From: a virus
DNA length: 35,799 nucleotides
Reading direction: 5' to 3' (one strand)
IMG/VR virus record: IMGVR_UViG_3300045988_086486
A model generated the notes under the pieces. It worked only from the letters and a program-made list of their open reading frames with translations, made no database searches and was not told the DNA's origin. Shown here piece after piece: positions 1 to 7,667 of this stretch; the first letter of the stretch is position 1, and each line of letters opens with the position of its first letter. The position numbers were made by a program, and so were the translations under genes.

Positions 1-99
1 CGGGTGTACACGTGGGGGGTGTGGTTGACGGCACAGAAAGGGGGCGTTTTTTGTGGCGACAAAGAAGGAGCTTACGAAAGAACAGAAGATCAAAAAAGA
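1..99. repeat. Terminal direct repeat, identical to 35701-35799 (circular closure or terminal redundancy)
   Basis: Direct comparison of the first and last 99 nt of the window shows they are identical. Confidence 0.95.
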
Positions 100-406
100 G
101 ATTGCCCGATTAAAGCGGGTTTTCAAAGACCTTGACAAAAACAAGTTGCAGACCGTGGAAAGCCTGATAAAAAACGCCGCGTTCATGGCCGTTTCGCTGG
201 AAGAGCTACAAGAAATCATCAACGCCGAAGGCTATGTTGTGGAGTACCAGAACGGCGAAAACCAGAAAGGCACGAAGCAGAGCGACGCGGTGAAAACCCA
301 TATAGCAATGACGAAAAACCATGCCGCAATCATTAAGCAGTTGACTGATCTTGTGCCGCCTGAAAAGAAAAAAGAAAGTAAATTGCAGGCGTTGAGGGAC
401 GAATAA
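53..406 (+). CDS. terS: Terminase small subunit (P27-like)
   Basis: 117-aa ORF with GTG start 8 nt after AAAGGGGG. It abuts and overlaps the large terminase start at 406. Size, charge and position are typical of small terminases. Confidence 0.7.
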   Translation: MATKKELTKEQKIKKEIARLKRVFKDLDKNKLQTVESLIKNAAFMAVSLEELQEIINAEGYVVEYQNGENQKGTKQSDAVKTHIAMTKNHAAIIKQLTDLVPPEKKKESKLQALRDE

Positions 407-2058
407 TGCCCTTTGCGAATTACATTTACGAATATTTTTCAGGTATTCAGAGCGGGAAATATACGGTTGGCAAATGGGTTCGGCTGATTTACGAAATCAT
501 CATAGCGGGACTTGAACGGGGCGAATATTTCTTCAATGCGAAGAAGGCAAACAAAGCGATCAAGTTTATAGAAAACTTCTGTCACCATTGCGAAGGCCGC
601 GAAGACCTTTTGAAACTGGAAGTGTGGCAGAAGGCTTGTGTTTCCGTTATCTTCGGGATCGTGGACGCGGACGGCTTGCGCGTCTTCCGTGAAGTGTTTA
701 TTGTCATAGGCCGGAAGAACGGCAAGACGCTTTTTGCGTCGGCCATTATCGCATATATGGCGTATCTTGATGGAGAATACGGCGCGAAAATATATTGCCT
801 TGCGCCGAAGCTGGATCAAGCGGCCATTGTTTACGATAACTTTTACCAGATGTTGAAGAAAGAACCGGAGCTTGCGGAGCTGGCGAAAAAGCGGCGTTCC
901 GATATTTACATAGAGGACACGAACACGGTTGTTAAGCCGCTGGCGTTCAATGCAAAGAAAAGCGACGGCTTCAACCCGCATTTGGTCGTCAATGATGAGG
1001 TTGCAAGCTGGCGCGGCGACGGTGGTTTGAAGCAATACGAGGTTATGAAATCCGCGCTTGGCGCACGGCGGCAACCGCTGATCCTGTCCATTTCCACGGC
1101 GGGATATGAGAACGACGGCATTTACGATGAATTGATGAAGCGAAGCACGGCTTTCTTGAAAGGCAACAGCAAGGAACGCCGCCTTTTGCCGTTCCTCTAC
1201 ATGATTGACGATGTGGAAAAATGGAACGATATTGAAGAGTTGAAGAAGGCAAACCCGAACATGGGCGTTTCCGTGTTCCCTGACTTCTTCCGCGAGGAAA
1301 TAGCGGTTGCGGAAATGTCCGCAAGCAAAAAGGCCGAATTCCTGACGAAGTATTGCAATATCAAACAGAATTCTTCTATTGCGTGGCTTGACGCGCACAT
1401 AGTAGAAGGCGCAACGGCAGAAATCACACTTGAAGACTTCCGGCATTCTTACGCCGTGGGCGGCATTGACCTTTCGCAGACAACAGACCTTACCGCGGCA
1501 ACCGTCATTGTGGAGCGCGGCGGCAAGCTATACGCGTTCACACAATTCTTTATGCCTGCAAACCGCGTCGAGCGGGCAACGGCGATCGACGGCGTGCCCT
1601 ATGACATATTTGTGAAAAAAGGCGTTGTTACCCTTTCCGGCGAAAACTATGTAGATTACAAAGATGTTTATAACTGGTTCGTCATGCTGAAAGAAAAATA
1701 TGAAATCTATGTGCTGAAAGTCGGGTATGACCGTTACAGCGCGCAATACCTGATTGACGACATGGCGGCATACGGCTTCCACATGGACGATGTTTTTCAG
1801 GGTGAAAACCTTGCGGGCGTGATCCGCGAGTTTGAAGGGATTTTGCTTGATGGCAATTTCAAAATACCGGATAACAGCTTGTTAAAGTCGCATTTCCTGA
1901 ATGTGGCCTTAAAGCACAACATGGAAACGCGCAAGTTCCGGCCTGTCAAGATTGAACAGCGGGCGCGGATCGACGGCTTTGTATCAGTCATTGACGCAAT
2001 GACCGTCCGGCAAAAATACTATAACGAAATCGGCGTAATGCTGAAAAATGCGGGGTGA
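406..2058 (+). CDS. terL: Terminase large subunit
   Basis: 550 aa with a Walker-A-like GRKNGKT motif. It lies immediately upstream of the portal gene and resembles Terminase_1-type proteins. Confidence 0.9.
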   Translation: MPFANYIYEYFSGIQSGKYTVGKWVRLIYEIIIAGLERGEYFFNAKKANKAIKFIENFCHHCEGREDLLKLEVWQKACVSVIFGIVDADGLRVFREVFIVIGRKNGKTLFASAIIAYMAYLDGEYGAKIYCLAPKLDQAAIVYDNFYQMLKKEPELAELAKKRRSDIYIEDTNTVVKPLAFNAKKSDGFNPHLVVNDEVASWRGDGGLKQYEVMKSALGARRQPLILSISTAGYENDGIYDELMKRSTAFLKGNSKERRLLPFLYMIDDVEKWNDIEELKKANPNMGVSVFPDFFREEIAVAEMSASKKAEFLTKYCNIKQNSSIAWLDAHIVEGATAEITLEDFRHSYAVGGIDLSQTTDLTAATVIVERGGKLYAFTQFFMPANRVERATAIDGVPYDIFVKKGVVTLSGENYVDYKDVYNWFVMLKEKYEIYVLKVGYDRYSAQYLIDDMAAYGFHMDDVFQGENLAGVIREFEGILLDGNFKIPDNSLLKSHFLNVALKHNMETRKFRPVKIEQRARIDGFVSVIDAMTVRQKYYNEIGVMLKNAG

Positions 2059-2066
2059 TTTGAAAA

Positions 2067-3302
2067 ATGGGAGTGTTTGAAACTATCTTCCGAAGGCCGC
2101 GGAACAACCTTGTTCCAACGGGCTACTTCAAAATGCTAAACGGGTACACGCCCGTTTTCACAAACGCGCCCGAAAGTGTGTACGAAATGGAGATCACGCG
2201 GGCGGCTATTCATTCATTCGCTACTTTTTGTAGCAAATTGAAGCCGGAAATTACGGGGAGCGCGAAAAAGCACCTTGAACGAACATTGCAGTTCAAGCCG
2301 AACCCGTTTCAAGACACGACAAAGTTTCTTTACAGGCTGGCGACAATCCTTGCCGTGAATAACACGGCTTTTATTGTGCCTCTTGAAGACGAATTCGGCG
2401 GCATAGCGGGTTATTATCCCCTATTGCCGCAGAATTGCGAGGTTTTAGAGGTCGGCGGCGCGCCCTTCTTGCGGTACACCTTTTCCAACGGACAGCGGGC
2501 GGCGATCGAGTTTGACCGCGTGGGGATTTTGACGCAATTTCAATATTCAGACGATTTTTTCGGAGAGGACAACCGCGCCTTGCGGCCAACAATGCAGTTG
2601 ATCCACGCGAATAATCAGGGCATTATAAACGGCGTTAAAAATTCGGCTTCGATCCGGTTCCTTGCCCGTATCGCTAACATGCTTTCGCCGGAGGACATAA
2701 AGAAGGAGCGGGAACGCTTCACCGAAGACAACCTTTCCGCGGACAATCAAAGCGGAATGATTATCTACGATCAGAAATTCGCAGATGTAAAACAGGTTGA
2801 TAGCAAGCCCTTCACCGTCAACGCGGTTCAAATGGGGCAGATTAACGAAAATGTGTTTAACTACTTCGGCACTTCGGCGGGGATCATTCAAAACAAATAC
2901 ACCGAAGACGAATGGAACGCGTATTACGAAGGGAAAATAGAGCCTTTCGCCCTGCAATTATCCCTTGTCATGTCAAACATGACCTTTACACCGCGGGAAA
3001 TCGCCCACGGAAACGCAATCGTGTTCACCGCGAACAGGCTTCAATACGCAAGCAATCAAACGAAGCTGAACATTTCAACACAGCTTTTCGATCGCGGGTT
3101 GCTGAACCGAAACGGCGTTATGGACATTTGGAACATGGCGCATGTGGAGGGCGGCGAAAAATACTATATCCGCAAGGAATACACCGAAGTTTCACAGCTT
3201 GGAAAGGAGGCGAACACAAATGCCAGTAATGAAGGATCGGGAATATCGGTCGATGGTGCTTCCGTTGACGGCGGAGGCGAAGAAGGCGACGAAGAGGTTT
3301 GA
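2067..3302 (+). CDS. Portal protein (HK97-type)
   Basis: 411 aa, located between terL and the prohead protease, with an acidic C-terminus. Synteny is typical. Confidence 0.85.
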   Translation: MGVFETIFRRPRNNLVPTGYFKMLNGYTPVFTNAPESVYEMEITRAAIHSFATFCSKLKPEITGSAKKHLERTLQFKPNPFQDTTKFLYRLATILAVNNTAFIVPLEDEFGGIAGYYPLLPQNCEVLEVGGAPFLRYTFSNGQRAAIEFDRVGILTQFQYSDDFFGEDNRALRPTMQLIHANNQGIINGVKNSASIRFLARIANMLSPEDIKKERERFTEDNLSADNQSGMIIYDQKFADVKQVDSKPFTVNAVQMGQINENVFNYFGTSAGIIQNKYTEDEWNAYYEGKIEPFALQLSLVMSNMTFTPREIAHGNAIVFTANRLQYASNQTKLNISTQLFDRGLLNRNGVMDIWNMAHVEGGEKYYIRKEYTEVSQLGKEANTNASNEGSGISVDGASVDGGGEEGDEEV

Positions 3303-3825
3303 CAGCGAATTCTATGTAGAAGGCTATGCAACCACCTTCAACAAGCCGTATCTTCTCTATGAGTTCGATGGGGTGCAATACTTTGAAGTCATAGACCGGA
3401 ACGCGCTTGTTGGCGCGGACATGTCCGATGTTATCATGCAATATAACCACGAAGGCAAGGTGCTTGCCCGACAATCGAATAAAACGCTTGGAATAGAGGC
3501 CGACGAAAGCGGCCTCTTTACTTTTGCCGATTTATCGAAAAGCCGTGCCGCACAAGACCTTTACGAAGAGATCAACAACGGCTTGATTACAAAAATGTCG
3601 TGGGCGTTCAAGGTTTTAGAAGACGCATACGACAGGGACACGCACACAAGAACCATTTTGAAGATCAAGAAGGTTTACGATGTTTCGGCGGTATCTTACC
3701 CCGCAAACAGCGATACCGAAATATCCGCGCGTTCTTTCTTCGACGGAGTGATTGAAGCAGAGAGGCGGGAGGCGTTAGCGCGGAAAGCACAGCTATTAAA
3801 ACTAAAAATCATGTTGGAGGTATGA
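3220..3825 (+). CDS. Prohead maturation protease (HK97 / S78-like)
   Basis: ATG at 3220 lies 10 nt after GGAAAGGAGG. The sequence from MPVMKDREYR onward resembles HK97-family prohead proteases. The longer ORF from 3142 overlaps the portal gene and is unlikely. Confidence 0.8.
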   Translation: MPVMKDREYRSMVLPLTAEAKKATKRFDSEFYVEGYATTFNKPYLLYEFDGVQYFEVIDRNALVGADMSDVIMQYNHEGKVLARQSNKTLGIEADESGLFTFADLSKSRAAQDLYEEINNGLITKMSWAFKVLEDAYDRDTHTRTILKIKKVYDVSAVSYPANSDTEISARSFFDGVIEAERREALARKAQLLKLKIMLEV

Positions 3826-3829
3826 CACT

Positions 3830-5038
3830 ATGAACAGATTACAGGAAATTGAAGCCCGCCTTGCCGCGATTGCGAACGAGATCGAGCAGAGAGGCGCGGA
3901 GCTGACCGAGGAGCAGTTGACCGCGTTTGAAACCGAAGTGAAAAATCTGAAAACCGAGCGGGCGGGGCTGATGGCCGCCGCCGAAAAGCGCAACAACCTT
4001 CTGAATTCCATTGCGGAGGGCAGAAGCGGCGGCGCGGTTGTCCGCACCTTCCCTTCCCCCTCTTCCCCCGCAGGCGGTGAACAGAGGGACGAAGCCGATC
4101 CGCTGGACAGCATGGAATATCGCCGCGCATTTATGGCATACGCCCTTCGCGGCACGCCTATTCCCGCAGAGTTCCGCACGGACGCTGTTTCCAAAACCGC
4201 GGACAATGGCGCGGTGATCCCGACAACCATTCTTAACCGGATCGTCGAGAAAATGGAGGCCGTGGGAATGATCCTTCCCCTTGTGACGCGCACCGCGTAC
4301 AAGGGCGGCGTTTCTATCCCTACTTCCAGCGCGAAGCCCGTTGCCTCTTGGGTAGCGGAAGGCGCAGGGAGCGACAAGCAGAAGAAGACCACGGGAAGCA
4401 TTACTTTTGCTTACCACAAGTTGCGTTGCGCCGTGGCCGTATCCCTTGAAGTGGACACAATGGCACTTTCGGCCTTTGAAAATACCCTTGTCAACAATGT
4501 TGTCGAGGCTATGACGAAGGCAACCGAACAGGCCATTGTATCCGGCACGGGTAGCGGACAGCCGAAGGGCATTCTTACCGAAACCCCGAACGAGGGGCAG
4601 AAGATCGAGAGCGACACGCCCACATACGAAGACCTTGTGAACGCCGAAGCCGCATTGCCGCAGGCATACGAAAACGGCGCGGTGTGGTGCATGGCAAAGA
4701 AAACCTTTATGCAGTATTACGGCCTTGTCGATGAAACCGGACAGCCCGTAGGCCGTGTGAATTACGGCATTGCAGGCAAGCCGGAACGCGCCTTGCTTGG
4801 CCGCCCCGTCATTTGTTGCGACTATGTGCCTTCCGTGGCAACCGCGGCGAAGGGCGGCGCGTATGCGTTCCTGTTCAACTTCAAGGACTATGTGCTGAAC
4901 ACCAATTACACCATGACCGTGAAGAAGTACGAGGACAACGACACGGACGACATGGTAACGAAGGCGATCATGCTTGTTGACGGCAAGGTGATTGACAAGA
5001 ATTCCCTTGTTGTCGTCGCAAAGGTCGCAGGCGCGTAA
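3830..5038 (+). CDS. Major capsid protein (HK97 fold) with N-terminal coiled-coil delta domain
   Basis: 402 aa. It has an N-terminal heptad-rich segment, then a conserved HK97-like core, and it follows the protease gene. Confidence 0.9.
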   Translation: MNRLQEIEARLAAIANEIEQRGAELTEEQLTAFETEVKNLKTERAGLMAAAEKRNNLLNSIAEGRSGGAVVRTFPSPSSPAGGEQRDEADPLDSMEYRRAFMAYALRGTPIPAEFRTDAVSKTADNGAVIPTTILNRIVEKMEAVGMILPLVTRTAYKGGVSIPTSSAKPVASWVAEGAGSDKQKKTTGSITFAYHKLRCAVAVSLEVDTMALSAFENTLVNNVVEAMTKATEQAIVSGTGSGQPKGILTETPNEGQKIESDTPTYEDLVNAEAALPQAYENGAVWCMAKKTFMQYYGLVDETGQPVGRVNYGIAGKPERALLGRPVICCDYVPSVATAAKGGAYAFLFNFKDYVLNTNYTMTVKKYEDNDTDDMVTKAIMLVDGKVIDKNSLVVVAKVAGA

Positions 5039-5055
5039 TTCGGGAGGGATAAACC

Positions 5056-5352
5056 ATGCTTGACAAGGTGAAAAACGCCTTACGCGTAAAAACGGCGGCT
5101 TTCGACGATGAAATACAAGACCTGATCGACGCTTGCAAAGCGGATTTGCGCCTTGTCGGTGTGAATGTTCCGGAGGATACGCCCGCCGAAGGCAGAGAGG
5201 CCGCGGCGGGCGATCCCCTTATTACGCGGGCGATTGTCCTTTACGCAAAGGCAAACTTCGGATATTCCGAAGACAGCGAGAAATACCGCGCGGCCTATGA
5301 TTACTTGAAATGTTCTTTAAGTTTGGCGGGTGATTATCATGCGTTGGGGTGA
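5056..5352 (+). CDS. Head-tail connector (gp6-like)
   Basis: 98 aa, directly after the capsid gene, with typical size and composition. Confidence 0.6.
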   Translation: MLDKVKNALRVKTAAFDDEIQDLIDACKADLRLVGVNVPEDTPAEGREAAAGDPLITRAIVLYAKANFGYSEDSEKYRAAYDYLKCSLSLAGDYHALG

Positions 5353-5710
5353 TGAAATTACCTTGATCGCGCAGAAGCCGCCCGACGAAGCGGTAAACGA
5401 AAACGGGTTCCAGAATGAGCCGGAAGAAGTGCGGAAATCCATTTTTTGCAATGTGAAATCCGCAGGTTATTCCGAGTTCTACAAGGCCGCGCAAGCGGGC
5501 TTTCAAGTGGAATTGAAGGTTGATGTTTACACGGAAGAATACGAGGGGCAACAGGCCGCGGAGCTGAACGGGAAGCGGTACAGGGTTTTGAAAACCTATG
5601 TCAACAAAAGCGGAGAAATTACCGAATTGACGCTTTCCGATCTTCCGGTCGAAAAAAGCGAAGAGCCGGACAGCGGCGCGGAAGGAGGCGGCGGCAATGG
5701 CGCGGTTTGA
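5330..5710 (+). CDS. Head closure / head-tail adaptor protein
   Basis: About 123-126 aa (an alternative ATG is at 5339). The segment RKSIFCNVKS..YSEFY..AQAG resembles head-tail joining proteins. Synteny fits. Confidence 0.6.
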   Translation: MIIMRWGDEITLIAQKPPDEAVNENGFQNEPEEVRKSIFCNVKSAGYSEFYKAAQAGFQVELKVDVYTEEYEGQQAAELNGKRYRVLKTYVNKSGEITELTLSDLPVEKSEEPDSGAEGGGGNGAV

Positions 5711-6104
5711 AGTATCCGGAATTGAAGCGGCGCAAGAAGCGTTTTTGCGCCGGAGCGAGCGGGCGGCGAAGGCCGTTCCGAAGATGTTAAAAGCTGGCGG
5801 CGCGGTGCTTGTGAAAGCCGAACAGGAGGAAATACGGCGCACATTTACAAGTAACCGTGTTACTGGCGATCTTGCAAAATCTATCAAATGCACCGCCGTA
5901 AAGAAGCGGGGTTCGGGGCAATGCGTGGAAGTGTACCCGCACGGGAAAAACCGCCGCGGGGAGCGGAACGCAACCGTTGGTTTTGTCCACCAGTACGGGC
6001 GAACCAACATGCCCGCGCGCCCGTGGTTCACGCGTTCGCACCAGAAGGCAACGCCGGAAGTTCAAGCGGCTATGCGGCAGGCATGGGAGGACGAACAGGA
6101 ATGA
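5697..6104 (+). CDS. HK97 gp10-like tail-attachment protein
   Basis: 135 aa. The N-terminus MARFEVSG..., the motif HQYGRTNMPARPW, and synteny all fit. Confidence 0.65.
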   Translation: MARFEVSGIEAAQEAFLRRSERAAKAVPKMLKAGGAVLVKAEQEEIRRTFTSNRVTGDLAKSIKCTAVKKRGSGQCVEVYPHGKNRRGERNATVGFVHQYGRTNMPARPWFTRSHQKATPEVQAAMRQAWEDEQE

Positions 6105-6445
6105 TAGATACAGTTGACCGCCTGTTAAAATCCACGCTTGACGCGCTTTGCCCGAATGTGGCGCGCCTCTTCTTCCGCGGGAAGGCTGGTACATATATCA
6201 CATATCAGCTTGTTTCTTCGGAAGATATGGCCGCCGCAGACGACGAAACGCACGGTACGGAATACACATACAGGGTTGATATTTACTCGAAACGCGATTA
6301 TATCGCCCTTTTGCGCCGTGCGAAGCAAGCGTTGAAGGCGGCGGGCTTTTACGGGCTTGTAATTGATCCGGAAGTGTACGAGAAGGACACAGGGTTTTAC
6401 CATGTCCCGATTGAAGCAAAATATTACGAACAAACGGAGGTATAA
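6101..6445 (+). CDS. Tail completion / terminator-like protein
   Basis: The ATG at 6101 overlaps the stop of the preceding gene (ATGA). The gene lies just before the major tail gene. The longer ORF from 5888 is an out-of-frame overlap. Confidence 0.45.
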   Translation: MIDTVDRLLKSTLDALCPNVARLFFRGKAGTYITYQLVSSEDMAAADDETHGTEYTYRVDIYSKRDYIALLRRAKQALKAAGFYGLVIDPEVYEKDTGFYHVPIEAKYYEQTEV

Positions 6446-6450
6446 AAACT

Positions 6451-7014
6451 ATGGCAACTATTGGTTTGCGCGATCTTTACCGTGCGCCGATTACGGTTGA
6501 AGAGAGCGGCGAAGAGAAATACGGAACGCCCGTGCGCATGGCGAAGGCCATTAGTGCGGAAATGTCCGTAGAGGTAGCGGAAGCGATCCTTTACGCAGAC
6601 GACGGCGCGGACGAAGTGGTAAAAGAATTCGTTTCCGGAGAGCTGACACTGAATGTAAATGATCTTCTGCCTGCTGATCTTGCGGCCATTTTGGGACAGA
6701 CGCAGGACGACGATCAGGTTGTATATGCGGGAGAAAACGACGATCCCCCGTATATGGCAATCGGCTTCCGCGCAAAGAAAGCGAACGGAATGTATAAATA
6801 CATTTGGCTTTACAAGGTGAAGTTCGCTATTCCTTCGGAGAGTTACCAGACGAAGGGCGATAGTATCGAATTCACCACGCCGGAGATCACAGGGCAGTTT
6901 ATCAAGCGGCCTGACGGCCTTTGGAAAGCGGAGCATGTGGCACTTCCCACAGAAACCGCGGCGCAAGGCTGGTTTACGAAGGTTCGTGAACAGAACAACA
7001 CTTCGGGCGGCTAA
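6451..7014 (+). CDS. Major tail protein (phi13 / TP901-1-like)
   Basis: 187 aa. The N-terminus MATIGLRDLYRAPI... is typical of this family, and the gene is followed by a hairpin and the chaperone genes. Confidence 0.8.
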   Translation: MATIGLRDLYRAPITVEESGEEKYGTPVRMAKAISAEMSVEVAEAILYADDGADEVVKEFVSGELTLNVNDLLPADLAAILGQTQDDDQVVYAGENDDPPYMAIGFRAKKANGMYKYIWLYKVKFAIPSESYQTKGDSIEFTTPEITGQFIKRPDGLWKAEHVALPTETAAQGWFTKVREQNNTSGG

Positions 7015-7056
7015 TTCTGGCCGCCTGTCACAAAACAAAATATGAAAAGGAGGCAC

Positions 7057-7089
7057 GGGGAAGCCCTTTGACGGGGCTTCCCCTATTTT
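7057..7089 (+). terminator. Hairpin plus short T-run after the major tail gene
   Basis: GGGGAAGCCC (7057-7066) pairs with GGGCTTCCCC (7074-7083), followed by TATTTT. Confidence 0.5.
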
Positions 7090-7092
7090 GTT

Positions 7093-7485
7093 ATGAGTGC
7101 GATTAAAGACGGGCGTTTGCCGATCGTCCTTGATAAAGAACGGCATTTGCTGTTTTCCCTGAATGTCATTGACGAAATGCAAGACAAATTCGGGGGCTTT
7201 GACAAGCTGGCCGAAATGCTGAAAGGCAAAGACGGCATTAAAAATCTTCGCTGGCTTCTTACCCTGCTTCTGAATGAGGGCGCAGACGACGGCGAAGAGC
7301 AGTTGACCGAAAAACAGGTAGGAAAAATGATCCACACAGGCAACTTCAACGAGGTTAAAACCGCGATTTTCAAGGCGTTTGCAATGGGAAACAGCGGCAC
7401 AACGGAGCCGCCGCAGGACGATGAAGACGACGAACCGGAATATGCGGAAGAAGAGAGAAAAAACGCACAGGCGGGCAAGGAGTAA
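7093..7485 (+). CDS. Tail assembly chaperone (gpG-like)
   Basis: 130 aa with an acidic C-terminus, located between the major tail and tape measure genes. Confidence 0.75.
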   Translation: MSAIKDGRLPIVLDKERHLLFSLNVIDEMQDKFGGFDKLAEMLKGKDGIKNLRWLLTLLLNEGADDGEEQLTEKQVGKMIHTGNFNEVKTAIFKAFAMGNSGTTEPPQDDEDDEPEYAEEERKNAQAGKE

Positions 7486-7667
7486 TAGACCTTGCCCGCC
7501 TGCTTTATATCGGCGTTACGCTTCTACACTGGCCGGAACGCGAAGTGTGGCGCATGACACCGTATAAAATCCTTGCTTTGTTCCGAATTCACAGAGAATT
7601 CAATCCGGATCGCTTCAAACCGGAGGAAAAAGAAGCGGACATTGACGATGTGTTAGGGGGGTTATAA
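7093..7667 (+). CDS. Tail assembly chaperone, -1 frameshift-extended form (gpGT-like)
   Basis: After the A_AAA_AAC site, the -1 frame stays open to the TAA at 7665-7667, abutting the tape-measure GTG at 7668. It encodes ...LARLLYIGVTLLHWPEREVWRMTPYKILALFRIHREFNP... Confidence 0.65.
7458..7464 (+). promoter_or_regulatory. -1 programmed frameshift slippery heptamer A_AAA_AAC
   Basis: It matches the X_XXY_YYZ pattern in the zero frame of 7093..7485, 21 nt before that frame's stop. Confidence 0.65.

Noticed and set aside
439-1446. A 335-aa minus-strand ORF lies inside terL.
   Set aside because: It is an antisense shadow ORF typical of GC-rich coding DNA. Its composition is Arg/Phe-rich, it has no RBS, and it is fully nested in a well-supported gene.
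3142-3219. Longer upstream starts are tracked for the protease (3142), the tail completion gene (5888), the SleB-like gene (25449), the XhlA-like gene (18270) and others.
   Set aside because: The upstream extensions overlap the preceding genes out of frame and look non-protein-like. Internal starts with an SD or a coupled overlap fit better.
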